Assembly: GCA_964019335.1 (NCBI GenBank)
Contig: OZ025679.1
Span: 372,001 to 436,000, forward strand
Source: Diplonema japonicum
Lineage: Eukaryota > Protista > Euglenozoa: Diplonemea
Direction of reading: 5' to 3'
DNA: 64,000 nucleotides
Shown: one piece after another, positions 44,589 to 56,469 of the stretch
How the letters are laid out: each line of letters opens with the position of its first letter
Position numbering within the stretch: position 1 is the first letter of the stretch
Program-made: the position numbers and the translations under genes
The notes under the pieces: generated by a model
What the model saw: only the letters and a program-made list of their open reading frames with translations
What the model was told of the DNA's origin: nothing
The model's database searches: none

Positions 44589-46010
44589 ATGCTATATGGG
44601 GGAAGCTTCGGGAAAATCGAAGATGTCCTTGGGACGAGCAACCAAGAAGAGGACAACCAACACGTAGAATGGCTGGTAGAAAACGGGAAGAACGAAGAGG
44701 CCATCATGACACTAGAAGTGATGGAGACAAACGGGCGAGACGCCATGGAGGCCGAAGAAGAACGATCCCGCGGTAAAGAAATCGACTTCAACCCAAAACC
44801 ACACCCCGCCAAGGGAGTAAGATGCTGGGACCAACGACTTACAGTAAGCGGTGTCCAACAATCAGGCGACGCTGCAACTATAATGGCTGTTCATTCTCGC
44901 TTCGCTGTCATCGGTACACAAAAAGGACGGGTTTTAATAACAGATCATCAAGGCAGTGCCCTCCACACTTACGATGACGCACACTCCGGTGCGGTTACTG
45001 ACGCATCCTTCGACCCGTCTGGAACCATTGTTTCAACATGCTCGCGAGATGGGACGGTGGTGGTGTTTTCCTTATTCGGGCAACCGAGTATAACCCACAC
45101 ATTCTCACAACCATTACGAGCTGTTTCGCTTGACCCAATTTGCAGGGAGAACTACCGATTCGTCACGGGTGGTAAAGACAAAACCCTGCACATTGTCGAA
45201 CCCCAAACAGGGATTTCCAAACTGTTCTCCTCGAAACGGGACAAGGAAAAGATTGTCAAAACCGATGGAGTGATCCACTCTGTTAAATGGCGAGGCGAGC
45301 TCATTGCGTGGGGAACCGAGAACGGCATTCACCTATACGACTCATTGAAACACAAACCTCTACAAATTCCGGACCTCGAACTACCTCGAAAAGAAGCAGA
45401 GTTTCGTTGTTCAATATGTTGGGAACAAGACGATACGTTACTAATCGGATGGGGAGGGGTGTTGGTCACATTGTGTGTGATATTGAAACCGACCGCTGAA
45501 CAGCGTTCAGGGAGGTTTGACGTAGAATTGTTGCAGCGTTTTTCAATGCCTGATGGGCTGATATGCAGCGTGGCACCGTTTCGAGAAAAGATCATCGCGC
45601 TGACAATTCCTTGCAAACATTCATGTGGGGATGTTACACCCCCAGCGATGCAGTCTCGTGTGCAGCCCGAGCTTCGGGTGTTATCTCGCGAGGTACGTGA
45701 TCTTAAGGAAGAGATGGTGTACCGGTTGCAGCTTACCGGAGTCGAGAATCTTTTCGCAATGCATTTCCGGCTTTATGTTGAAGAATATTCAGATGATGTA
45801 GAACTTGCCTACTTCATCCTTACGCCTATTGAGATCGTTGCGATCTCGCCGCGTGATGCGGTAGGGCACATTCTCTTTCTTGCCGGGTCGGGTCGTTCGA
45901 AGGAAGCGATTCACAGCATTAAGGTTCTCGAAGCATCTTCGCGACAAGCAATTCAAAAGGAAGAGGCCGATATGCGAAAGGCAAAGCTCACCCCTATACT
46001 TGCAAGTTAG
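44589..46010 (+). CDS. VPS41: Vps41 (HOPS subunit) N-terminal WD40 region; apparently incomplete
   Basis: DAATIMAVHSRFAVIGTQKGRV, IHSVKWRGELIAW, FRCSICWEQDDTLLIGWG, PELRV, YFILTPIEIV..PRD..HI. Confidence 0.85.
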   Translation: MLYGGSFGKIEDVLGTSNQEEDNQHVEWLVENGKNEEAIMTLEVMETNGRDAMEAEEERSRGKEIDFNPKPHPAKGVRCWDQRLTVSGVQQSGDAATIMAVHSRFAVIGTQKGRVLITDHQGSALHTYDDAHSGAVTDASFDPSGTIVSTCSRDGTVVVFSLFGQPSITHTFSQPLRAVSLDPICRENYRFVTGGKDKTLHIVEPQTGISKLFSSKRDKEKIVKTDGVIHSVKWRGELIAWGTENGIHLYDSLKHKPLQIPDLELPRKEAEFRCSICWEQDDTLLIGWGGVLVTLCVILKPTAEQRSGRFDVELLQRFSMPDGLICSVAPFREKIIALTIPCKHSCGDVTPPAMQSRVQPELRVLSREVRDLKEEMVYRLQLTGVENLFAMHFRLYVEEYSDDVELAYFILTPIEIVAISPRDAVGHILFLAGSGRSKEAIHSIKVLEASSRQAIQKEEADMRKAKLTPILAS

Positions 46011-46092
46011 AGGAAAGTGTTTTAGTGTGTGTTTTTTTTTTTTTTTCTTCCCCCAGTTCCGTGTGTAGTTCCTTGTTTGCTTTTTTTATTAA

Positions 46093-46292
46093 NNNNNNNN
46101 NNNNNNNNNNNNNNNNNNNNNNNNNNNNNNNNNNNNNNNNNNNNNNNNNNNNNNNNNNNNNNNNNNNNNNNNNNNNNNNNNNNNNNNNNNNNNNNNNNNN
46201 NNNNNNNNNNNNNNNNNNNNNNNNNNNNNNNNNNNNNNNNNNNNNNNNNNNNNNNNNNNNNNNNNNNNNNNNNNNNNNNNNNNNNNNNNNNN
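46093..46292. other. Assembly gap (200 N)
   Basis: Run of N. Confidence 1.
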
Positions 46293-46841
46293 CGACAAAA
46301 AAGGGTAATTTCCTTAACTTCTTTAGGAACTACCCCCCCCCCCCCCCCCCCCGCCCAAACAAGAAAAGAACACAGCAGCTATGTCCCTACATGCCATCGT
46401 AGCATCTTTCTGTCAAAAAAAGAAGGAAAAAATCCATTAGAGGGGGGGGGGGGGGGGAGGGGCGTGAATAAGGTGCTTAATTTTCAGCGGGTTCCTTACA
46501 CACCCCTCCAGAAAAAAGAAAAAAGGGGGGGGGGGAAACCACAAAAGTAAAAGCTTTCTTGCAGGTTCTATGTAGCAATCAAACTAGCAGGATAGTTTTT
46601 TTTTAAAAAAAAAAAAGAATTAGCAGTGAGTTTTGTTTGTTTGTTTGTTTTTTTTTCTTCTTCTTTTTTTTTTTATCCCTTTCTCTCCTAAATTTCTCAG
46701 TATAAGAAATAAGTACAGTAAACAAATAATTGACGAACGGGACAAGCCTTCGAGTTCGGGAATTTACCGGTTCGCCATCAATTGTCTCTGCCCCGCCTTA
46801 TCAGTAGAGGCCACAGGAAAACATCAGGGGCGCTCTTGCCT

Positions 46842-46882
<41 letters not shown>

Positions 46883-47136
46883 ATCACGGGCAACCAGCCT
46901 CCTTGAGGAAAAGTCCCCCTCATTTTTTTTTGTTTTACAGTACTTAAAAAAAAAAGAAAAAGAAAAGTCCTTTTATTACAACTTTTTTTGTGATTCTTCT
47001 CCCCCCTCGCTACATCCCATCCCCCTTCCCACCCATCACAATCACCCCCCCCCCCCCCCCCATTTCGGTTTGTTATTTCTTTTTATATTTTATTTCTTTC
47101 AACTAAAATGCTCCCGCAAAAAAAAAAGAAAAAAAA

Positions 47137-47703
47137 ATGGAAGGTGCTGCTGCGAGCTGCATTGCGGGCTTTTACAAAATCATAAAAGCAAGAAAGGAGG
47201 TACGGAAGAGGTACAAAGTACGGTACTTTTCATCACACAAAAAAACAATTGCCTCGACAGCTGCAGTGAGCGCAATGTGTATACTGAATGTGCTAAGAAT
47301 ATGGGACTGTAGAATGGTGCAGAGAGCATGGCCGTCTTCTGTGACTGCAAACAGCAGTTCCTACTTCGATTCATATCTAAAGGTTCGAGAATTTGTTTCC
47401 CAGGAGCAGGAGTCGTGTTGGGTTTTGCTGACGAAACATCACGAACACAGTGTACTCCCTCTGTGCCCACCATCACCTTCCACCCTTCGTTCGCGTGTCT
47501 ATGAGGCCCGTACTAGGGAAGCACAGATTTTATCGAAACTCAGCCAGCCTTTTCCCCAACTGCATGCCAGCATTTTCAGGCTGGAAAACCTGCGCCGATT
47601 AGAGTCACGAGCGGTTGTTGAGAAACAAAAGATCCGAGGGGAATGGACCGCCACTCACGAAATGTTCGTAAAGCAATACAACGTCCTGCGCTTGTGCAGT
47701 TGA
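47137..47703 (+). CDS. Hypothetical protein
   Basis: 188-aa ORF with coding-like composition, ATG after A-tract. Confidence 0.6.
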   Translation: MEGAAASCIAGFYKIIKARKEVRKRYKVRYFSSHKKTIASTAAVSAMCILNVLRIWDCRMVQRAWPSSVTANSSSYFDSYLKVREFVSQEQESCWVLLTKHHEHSVLPLCPPSPSTLRSRVYEARTREAQILSKLSQPFPQLHASIFRLENLRRLESRAVVEKQKIRGEWTATHEMFVKQYNVLRLCS

Positions 47704-47833
47704 GTATTTATTTTCATTTTTTTTTTTTATCTTGGAAGGGGGCGGTTAACACGGTCCAATTTTTTTTTTCTTTTCATTGTGCATTGTATACTATTCTCTT
47801 TTATATCCCCCCCCCCCACACCACACCGTAGGG

Positions 47834-49699
47834 ATGTTGATGCCGGGGATGCCGTGGAACCGTGAATGGGACTTGCAACCTGCAAACCCTTCGCCCTCCT
47901 CGCCGCCCGCAATGTCAATGATATCACCACGCCATCGAAGCGTGGTTGTGGCGAACCCCCATGGCGCAGGGGTAGGGATGTCCATGAGGGGGATGACAGT
48001 GGAAGGGGTCAGCCCTAGACGGCGCGAACTTGAACCATATGTAGGATTGAAACTAACGCACGTAAACGACTTCCCTGTCGGCACGCAAGCAGACGCCGCG
48101 ACTGTCATGAACGGGCGGGATAATGTAAAGCTTACTTTTGAAGGTCCACACGATGAGGTCACCGTGCGGAAGGGCGCCAACGGTGGGATTGGGTGCATAT
48201 TCGAAGAAACTCTTCTCCAGCAGGTCGTCCCGCGGAGCACTGCTGAAGAAGCCGGTGTCGGGATCCACATTGGTAGACACGTTACGCACGTGAACGGTTC
48301 TGTTGTGACCTCACTCGATGAGATCTGTCAGGTCGCAGCGCGTCATAGTGACCGTGTGGTGCTTCGCTTCTCCGTCCTCCCTTCGCCTAGGCTCTCGCCT
48401 ATTGCGTCGCCTGTCCTCTCTCCCCGGCAAGTTACATTTGGAGACCTCTCGCATAATAACATCTCGCCTCCGAGACCTTCTTCCCCAGTGGTTCGTTCCC
48501 CGATTACATCCCGGCCTTTGTCGCCTTTGCACCTCAGGCCGTCCCCTCCTTCGTTCCATGCCCGAGCTGCCTCGCCTGCAGGCGATATACCGTTGGCGTT
48601 CAGGTCCGTTTCCCCTGTGCCCAACGGGGTGCATAATTTGAGGTCCAGCAGCCCACCGATGATGTCGCAGCCGTTCTATGACGGTATGATGCCCAACATG
48701 CCTGCCTCGTACATCCCACCGCCGCCGACGGTACCTATGCGGCCGGTGATGCCCGTTATGCAGCCGCAACATCATCAACACCAATATCAACATCAGCATT
48801 TGCATCAACACCAACAACAACAACAACAACCGTTACCCCCGCCACCCGAGGAGCCCGGGTCGTACGAGCTGACGATCGAGAAGGACCCGAACGAGTCACT
48901 CGGGTTGAACCTGCAGTCGATGATCCTCAATGACGTGGCACCTGAGAGCGCCGCGCATCGGAGTGGTGCAGAGCGGTTCCTAGGGTTCCGCTTGACACAC
49001 GTGAACGGAGAGCCTGTTTCAACACTGCAGACGCTGGGAAGCAGAGCGGCCCAAATGAGCATTTTGGTGTTGCGATTTTCACAGCAGATGGTAGAAGCAG
49101 ATGAGGTTACGATGGACAGGACACAGCAGGACAGCTTTGGGTTCCGGTTAGAGAACATGGTGCTGATGGAGGTAGGTGACAACACACCCGAGGACAGGGC
49201 AGGGCTGAAAGCATTTGTAGGCAGGCGGTTGACCCATGTGAACGGGTACCGCGTCACGAACATTGATGAGGTGCGGAATGCAATGACTATGATACCAGGT
49301 TCGGTAAAACTGAAATTTGAAGCAATCCTCCCCCCCGGGACACGTGTGGTGACCCAGCATTTAACAGGGAATACAGTCCCCAATGGTGTACAAGGTGTGG
49401 TAGAAGGCCACCATAGTTTAGGGGGGGAGACTGTGGCGCGGGTGCACTTCCCTTACCATGGTTCGGTTAATGTCCGGTTTACGAATCTGCAGGTGCCTTC
49501 GTCACCCCGCCCGCTTGTCCGTTCTTTGCAGCCGCCTTCTTTTGCACCCTTCCCACAAGTTGCTCCTAGCACTAGTGCTCACGAGGCTGTGTTCGATTCT
49601 CCCGTTCAGCCGATCGCCCTAACGCACACTTCTTTCCAAAACCCCCAGCCGATGATGCTTCCAGAACAACACCCATCGTATTTAAAAGGGTTTATCTGA
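47834..49699 (+). CDS. Protein with PDZ-like repeats, Pro/Ser-rich linker and SH3-like module
   Basis: Repeated G.(R/K)LTHVNG..V units preceded by SLGLNL/SFGFRL/GIGCIF carboxylate-loop-like motifs; poly-Q/H tract. Confidence 0.75.
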   Translation: MLMPGMPWNREWDLQPANPSPSSPPAMSMISPRHRSVVVANPHGAGVGMSMRGMTVEGVSPRRRELEPYVGLKLTHVNDFPVGTQADAATVMNGRDNVKLTFEGPHDEVTVRKGANGGIGCIFEETLLQQVVPRSTAEEAGVGIHIGRHVTHVNGSVVTSLDEICQVAARHSDRVVLRFSVLPSPRLSPIASPVLSPRQVTFGDLSHNNISPPRPSSPVVRSPITSRPLSPLHLRPSPPSFHARAASPAGDIPLAFRSVSPVPNGVHNLRSSSPPMMSQPFYDGMMPNMPASYIPPPPTVPMRPVMPVMQPQHHQHQYQHQHLHQHQQQQQQPLPPPPEEPGSYELTIEKDPNESLGLNLQSMILNDVAPESAAHRSGAERFLGFRLTHVNGEPVSTLQTLGSRAAQMSILVLRFSQQMVEADEVTMDRTQQDSFGFRLENMVLMEVGDNTPEDRAGLKAFVGRRLTHVNGYRVTNIDEVRNAMTMIPGSVKLKFEAILPPGTRVVTQHLTGNTVPNGVQGVVEGHHSLGGETVARVHFPYHGSVNVRFTNLQVPSSPRPLVRSLQPPSFAPFPQVAPSTSAHEAVFDSPVQPIALTHTSFQNPQPMMLPEQHPSYLKGFI

Positions 49700-50590
49700 G
49701 AGAGGTTTTTTTTTTTTTTTTTTTTTTGAACATGTGTTGTATGTATGTACACTACCTTTTTTTTTTTTTTTTTTTTTTTTCAGAAGAAGCTACAACTCGG
49801 CCGCGGTGCGCCCCCTGTAATCAAGTAGACAGTTCTTGTGCAGGGCGCCGCCAACACCGGCCTCCTTTAACTCATATATTTTTTTTCCCTTCTGAGGAGG
49901 CAGGTGTCCACTAGGATAGAAAGGGCTGAAAGTTGTGGCAAAAAGAAAGGAAAGGATTGGAACCTTACTAACGTCAACCGGAACGCCACTTTCTCAGAGG
50001 GGAATTTCTTTTTTTTTTTCTTTCTTCTTTTTTCATAATCCTGTAAACACCGGGATGATGTTTATTCTCGATCGATTCTTTGCCCCCTTTAGAGCTAGAG
50101 GGCCCCCCCCCCCCCCCCCCCCCTCCCTTGTATTGACTTTTTCTTTTGTTTAAAAAATGGGCATGGGGAAGGAAGATCACCTGTTTGGTAAGATCGTACC
50201 TACTACTCAATTCTCTGTTAAAGGAGAAGGTGGTCTGGGGGTATCTTCCTTTGTTTTTCTTCTTCCCCCACCCCACTCTCACCCCCCCTTTTTTTTGTTT
50301 AGATGTACCCCAAAACCCTTATCTTCCTTCCCCAACTATTTCGCAAAAAAAAAAAAGAACTGGAAGAAAAAAAGAAAAGGAAAGAAAGAAGATTATATCC
50401 CCACATTTTTTTTTTTATGTATTTCACACCTTCCCCCCTCCATTATTTGTTCCACATGCCCCTTGTTTCTTTCCCCTCTGTTATCTCCCTTGTATAAATT
50501 AACCTAAAGTACAACCAACACAGCGGTGGGGAGAGAGGAGGGGCGGGGGGGAAAAAAAGAATTTAAAAAAAAAAAGAAAAAAAACAAAAA

Positions 50591-51379
50591 ATGAACCGGT
50601 TGGTATTGCTGGCAATAATGGCGGAGCTGTGCTCGGCAGGGTCCGTAGGGGAGGTTCTGGAAGGAGTCTGGCAGGTTGCGCAGTGGGACCCGGCACAACT
50701 AAATGAAGAATCGGAAGAGAAGCGCAGCATTGAAGTTACAACAGGCTCCCTTGTTCTGAACAAGACGCAGTACGACTCGGTACTTCTAGGGGGCCTCACT
50801 TTTGGAGAAGAATCGCCTCTCAGAGTAAAAGCAGAATCCGTTCTAAAGAAAGCTAGCCTGGTCTTCACCACCGACTCCACAGAGGCACCATGGCTCGTTC
50901 TTGACATCAGGCCTGAACCTTTCAATTCTTTGAAGCTTTCCGTCACTACCTATACCTCTACCTTCGCAGCGTCTGGGAGGGCGGTTGTCGTTTTCTTTTC
51001 CGACACCTCGTTTTATGTTACACTCTCCCCTGATGAGGGTTCCCTTGGGAAGTCAAGGTCGTTCTGGTTCCGCAGGGAGCCGGAGGCGGATAGCATCATG
51101 GACAACTGGCGTATGTTTTTCTTTTTTTTTTTTTTTGTTTCTTCTCAATTCCTCTACTTAGGCCTGTACCTTTGCGCGGGCCTTGGTTTTATTTTCGCGA
51201 GGTATTTCATGGCATCCATAACTGGGTATGTACTAAGCAGATTGGGGGAAAAAAAGAAAAAAAAAAGGCGTGGGAATGTGAAGCAATGGCAGGCGAGTCG
51301 GGCGTCGGCGCTGAACCAAAGCAAAAAAGCAAGAAAGGTGAGAGACACGATGCTGGAACCGTTGAAGCGAAAGAGCTAA
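50591..51379 (+). CDS. Signal-peptide, single-pass membrane protein, 3 exons
   Basis: MNRLVLLAIMAELCSA signal; TM LYLCAGLGFIFARYFMA; in-frame introns 51111-51161, 51226-51267. Confidence 0.7.
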   Translation: MNRLVLLAIMAELCSAGSVGEVLEGVWQVAQWDPAQLNEESEEKRSIEVTTGSLVLNKTQYDSVLLGGLTFGEESPLRVKAESVLKKASLVFTTDSTEAPWLVLDIRPEPFNSLKLSVTTYTSTFAASGRAVVVFFSDTSFYVTLSPDEGSLGKSRSFWFRREPEADSIMDNWRMFFFFFFFVSSQFLYLGLYLCAGLGFIFARYFMASITGYVLSRLGEKKKKKRRGNVKQWQASRASALNQSKKARKVRDTMLEPLKRKS

Positions 51380-51565
51380 ACAAAAAAAAAAAAAAAAAAA
51401 AGAATGGACGGAAAAAGAAAAAAGAAAAAAAAAAAAAAGATCACCAAGTGTACTTTTCGTATTTAAACCACCCACTTCTCGCGGCAGGGAAAAAAAGAAA
51501 AAAGAAAAAAAAAAAAGGAAAAAAAAAAAAGGAGAGGGGGGAGAACCAAAAAAAGAAAAAAGAAA

Positions 51566-51645
51566 ATGGCGCTCAGACGTTCTGGGTTGACATTGAGCAG
51601 CGGTGGCGGTCTGTCACCGGGACTCGGGCTTTCACAGGGAGTATG

Positions 51646-51686
<41 letters not shown>

Positions 51687-52780
51687 GGGCGACATGAAAA
51701 GGAACAGGGCGTGGTTCTCACCTCGTTTCAAAGCAGAGAACATGGGCAACTCTTCGTCACACAGGGCTGGATACAACACCAAGTGCCCGTGGTCGACGAA
51801 AACGACAATGGCGTACCACATGATGGACCAGCCGGATTGGAAGCTGTGGGGGTACAAGCAACACATCTACATCGAGGACGAGATTCCACAACTCACCGCC
51901 CACTCCCCTATGACCCCACTTCTGTTCAAACAAGCATACGAACAATGGAAAGTAGAGAACAAGGCAGAGGTCGCGCAACACGCGGGAAAATACGCAATCG
52001 TAACAGCAGAAGGGATCGTGAAGACCTACACCCCTAAAGAGATGCAAGCTACTCAAGTAGAACTCACCGCTTCGCAGTGGGTCGACTACATCCAACCAGG
52101 CTACGGAACGGTTGATATTACAGAGGACCTCACCAGATGGAACTCAACACTATTTGAAGACATAGATGAGGTGAAACAATGGTGCAATTTTGAAGAACGG
52201 GATAGTTGGTCAAAAGCACCCTCGACTACCCCTGTGTCCGCACGAATCACGGGAAATCCTGCAGACGCACCACGAGTAGTTAAACAACCCCTTTCACGAG
52301 AAAACGCGCGAGAGAAATGGCTTACATTTACATCCACATACGGATACGGCTCAGAACAGTTCTCTCCCACTCACGCGACAGTGTCTCCTGCAATAAGGGA
52401 TCAGACTTCATATCAAAAGTATCAGCCAAAGGTAATTGGTATGGATCGCACAGCAATTGTGAGGGACTTCATCCCGAATACGAATTACTTCCGACCTGCT
52501 TCGCATCGAAGGGGTACACCGTTCAAATGGGTGAAACAGATCAACAAAAAGGTTGCAACTGTCCACAAAGTCCACCCGTCCGGCCGTGAGGTGTGGCTTG
52601 GCCCCAACAGTTCAACCCTGACGGCTTTGAAACGTCGCGCCATCCACCGACCCGGCGGGGACAAGTTGTTGAATCTTCTTTTCCTCAGTTCTTACGGCCC
52701 TGGTATCTACAACGTCAACAATCAGATGATCCAACAGAACTCGAAGCGATACGTATGGCAAAAAAATGGGGTGGGGGGGA

Positions 52781-52823
<43 letters not shown>

Positions 52824-52860
52824 TTTCCGTGGTTACTCTGCGAAAAAGTTTGCAAAGTAA
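51566..52860 (+). CDS. Probable mitochondrial protein (C-terminus weakly uS8m-like), 3 exons
   Basis: MALRRS presequence-like start; introns 51641-51687 ((AAT)n) and 52753-52821; uS8 resemblance (PSGREVWL..LFLSSYGPGI) is weak. Confidence 0.6.
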
Positions 52861-53033
52861 AAGATGAGGCAAACAGGATGGTCAATAAGGGGGACTTGAA
52901 AAAAAAAAAGGAAAAAAAAAAGTGTGATTTTTTTTTTCCCCTCTTTTTTTTTTCTCCCTCTGAACAAAATATAAAAAAAAAAGGAGGAAAAATAATGCAA
53001 ATCTAAAAAAAAAAAAAAAAAAAAATAATAATA

Positions 53034-53727
53034 ATGCTGGTACTAAAAGGGTTGATGAGTCCAAGGGGGGAGCGCAATGTAGGGGAGATGTCACCAAGGG
53101 GGAAGAAGACCGAGAAGGCGAAGCTGAACTGGACAAGGGACGAGGACAACAGGGCAAGGGTCTTGAGGGGCAAGAAAGAAGCCCTCGGTGAAGCGGAGAG
53201 AGAAGAACTGGAAAAACTCGAGACAAGAGAAAAGAAATTTTTAGAGCTGGGAATGCAAAATTTCGAGGACACCATCGTAGTGATGGTGGGGGTGAACTCA
53301 GGGGTGCTCCGGGCAAAGACCACCTTCAAAGCCTTTGCTGAAGTAAAGCTCCGAGAGGTCACTGAAACCGGAAAAGTTATAAAAACACACGAAAACCCTC
53401 AAAAATTCGCAACACGCAGTGTGACACCCACCCCAGAGGATGAACTCTCTAACTCGTACCATTGGGACGAAAAGGTTAAACTAGCCATCCCCTCTGCTGA
53501 AAGTGATGCTATCCGTGTTTCTATCTTCTTGAATAAAATATATGGCAAAGACAAAGCTTTCAGCCTTGATATACCTGTTGCTGATATTCGCCCTGAGGTG
53601 TGGGGAAAAAAAAAAAAAAAAAAAAAAAATGCAGCTCCGTGTTCCTGGTGATGATTTTTCACGCACCTTTAGTGCCACCCGAGGCCCTGGAAAAGGGGAA
53701 GTCAGCCTTACTTTCAGACTTGTTTGA
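53034..53727 (+). CDS. C2-like domain protein, 2 exons
   Basis: FAEVKL..KFATRSV..YHWDEKVKLAI..IRVSIF..GEVSLTFRLV; intron 53598-53634. Confidence 0.72.
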
Positions 53728-55317
53728 AGAGATGGAGGAGAAAAAAAAAAAAAAAGAAGAAGAAGAAAAAAAAAGAGAAAGAACACTTTTTTTTGCTTTC
53801 TATTCTTTTTTTTTTTGTTTCTCTTAAAAAAAAGAAAAAGAAAAAAATAAATAAAGTAGAGTGATTTTCTACCCCCCTAAAAAAAAAGAAGAAGAAAAAA
53901 AAAGTAAAGAGAACTCTAAGAGATGGCACCGCGCACCTCTCACCACCTATTTTTTCATAGTAGTGACGGAACTACTTTATTAATTTCCATACAGATTTCT
54001 TTTTTTTTTTTCTTGGTAGCATTTAACAAACAGCATGGGTATTGGATTCGATTACGTAAGCAACCCCTACAGCTCCTTTTGCCTGGGGTGTGCGGCTGAT
54101 GCCCTTCTTACTCTCGTTGTTTGGCGCTGGCTCCTTCCACTACATAAATACGAGTATTTTTTTTTTCTCCTCAATTTCATTTTTTTTTCTTTTTTTCCCC
54201 CCCTTGTTTTAGGCCTTCTGTGATTTTAATCGAGCGAACTGCACAAAGCCTTTCCCACCCCCCCCCTTTTTTTCTTCTTTTTTATCTCCATTTCTTTGGA
54301 AAGACTTTCTTTTTTTTTTTTCTTCGATTTCTAGTCAGAACAGGAGGGGTGGGGAGGGGGCAAAACAAAGAAATGAAAAAGGGAATTCTTTTTTTATTCA
54401 GGCGTCCTGTCACATACCGCAGGTACCCTTAAATGTCTCTTTTTTTTTTTTTTTTTTTTTTTAATGCACCAATCCATGCTACGAAGACACGCCGAGCCAA
54501 AAAAAAAAAAAAAAAAAAAAGAATGCTGCATCTGCAGCAATCTCCAATTGTGCTCTAGTCTTGTTCATGCACGAAAAACGCACGAAAAAGAAAATAAAAT
54601 AATAATAAGGAAAAGAAAAAAGAAAAAAGAAAAAGAAAAAAAAACGATCGTTTTTTTTTTTTTTTTTATTATTATTATTGTTCTTCCCTTGTTTATCCCT
54701 TTGAAATATCAGAGAAAACCCATCAAATAACCAAACTCCCTAGGTACTTGTACAACGTGATAGAGTTCGTTTCAAGGATGCAAAAAGAAAGGAAAAGAAG
54801 GGAAGGCCTCTTTTCTTTTTGTCAAGAAAGCGAGCAACGAAGTGCTTGGAGCTATTTTTTTCTTTTTAAAAAAAAAAAAAAAAGAAAGTTCACATAAATG
54901 CACGGTGCACCCGAGAGTATGAGTGCAAAAGAATGAGAAAAAAAAAAAAAAGAGGGATGATAAAATCTGGTCTTTTTAAGGGTTAACAAAGTACTGCTCG
55001 GTTTCTTTGAGAAACAAAAAAAAAAAAAGATAAAAAAAAATAAAAAAAAATTTAAATAACATAATAACAAAAAGAAAAAACCCCCCTCTGACACTCAAGG
55101 GCGAGATGTTTGTGTGATTACACCATCCGCACCCCCATGGGGAATTTCTCTTTTTTTTTCTTTCTTTTTTTTTTTTTTTTTTACCCCCTTCATTTTCTCG
55201 ACTTTTCTTCATTTTTCAGTACGATTTTTTTTTCCCCCTTTTTTTTTTCCCCCCCTCCCCACAAAAAAAAACGACAACAACAAAAAAAAAAGGGAGGGAG
55301 GCAGGGGGGGGGGAAAA

Positions 55318-56469
55318 ATGTTGGATGTTGTGGATTCCTTGGAAGGAAAGGGCGCCTCCTCCTTCCTCGGCTTCACCCCTATCAAAACAGCAGTTGTTGA
55401 CGAAAAGAACAAAGTGACGGACGAGGTACCATCCCCACACATTTCAGGCTGCGGCCATGGTTTGCTAGTGTCGACCTATTTCCTGTTGCTAGCGGGATAC
55501 CTAGCTTATGCGATCCACTCGTATGTGACCCGTCCGGAGGTGGAGACTTACTCACAACAGCCATCTTACCTGTACCCTGCACCGGTTGCAACAATTCGAC
55601 TGCAGTGTTTTACAAACCCGCACTGCGGCACCATCACGCTTACAAGGAACTATTCGACCGCAAAGGAGTCGCATTGCAAGAATCGTGCCTTTGCGGTACA
55701 GGACGAAACTAACCGAACCCTCAACAACCCCTTCGAGACGGAGCTGTGCTATGCGGAGGAGAACTCCGTGTTCAGCGTCAACACAGGCGAGCTTCTGTCA
55801 ACCCCCGGGACCGTGCTTGACTTTTCAGGCATTTCAACAGGCATTACCAGCTCACCACCTGCCTACGCTGCCGTTTCCATTGAAATCGGAAACATGAAAA
55901 AGCTAGTCACCATGGATCCCTGGCAGGTCAAGAGTTTCTACATTGGCATGTCGGTGACACAAAAGGACGGGGAGACAAGCATTGCGTACTATGCACAGAA
56001 TCTTCAGTATGACGGAAAGCGGCCTACAAACAGGGCAACTTACATAATCCGTTTAGCACAGTTTGCAAATGTCTACGAGGTCACGCGTCCTGGGTCTTGG
56101 TTGGACATCCTTGCCCAACTTGGCGGTGCTGCCACTCTTGTCGCTGCTGTTTTGTTGATCTCGGAGCCTGTGGTGACGAAGGTATTCCCGGGAGGGGAAT
56201 CCAGGTTGATGAGAGGGAGGATGGCGCCTACGCGTGGGTCGCGTTTTCAGCCTCTTTCTTCGGACGCGGAACCTAAGAGTGTGCAGTCGAACCCCCTTCC
56301 TCCTCTGACAAGGAGCCACAGCAAGGGCGATGCTGTACAAGTTCTTTACAACGACACGTGGCACCCTGCCACTGTCACAGCCTCGAAGGGGGAGACGCTG
56401 GACGTTACTTGGGATGACGGTACGGTGAGCCGCGGGGTACCCTCCACCGCTATTAAAAAGGATTTTTGA
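55318..56469 (+). CDS. Two-TM DEG/ENaC-like membrane protein with C-terminal Tudor-like domain
   Basis: TM1 LLVSTYFLLLAGYLAYAIHSY, PAPVATI, Cys-containing ectodomain, YEVTRPGSWLDILAQLGG before TM2; tail GDAVQVLYNDTWHPATV..VTWDDG. Confidence 0.6.
   Translation: MLDVVDSLEGKGASSFLGFTPIKTAVVDEKNKVTDEVPSPHISGCGHGLLVSTYFLLLAGYLAYAIHSYVTRPEVETYSQQPSYLYPAPVATIRLQCFTNPHCGTITLTRNYSTAKESHCKNRAFAVQDETNRTLNNPFETELCYAEENSVFSVNTGELLSTPGTVLDFSGISTGITSSPPAYAAVSIEIGNMKKLVTMDPWQVKSFYIGMSVTQKDGETSIAYYAQNLQYDGKRPTNRATYIIRLAQFANVYEVTRPGSWLDILAQLGGAATLVAAVLLISEPVVTKVFPGGESRLMRGRMAPTRGSRFQPLSSDAEPKSVQSNPLPPLTRSHSKGDAVQVLYNDTWHPATVTASKGETLDVTWDDGTVSRGVPSTAIKKDF

Noticed and set aside
54035-54432. Possible small spliced gene (MGIGFDY...) with a 21-nt micro-exon at 54402-54422
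   Set aside because: No coherent frame across candidate exons; the islands pair as stems like other spacers
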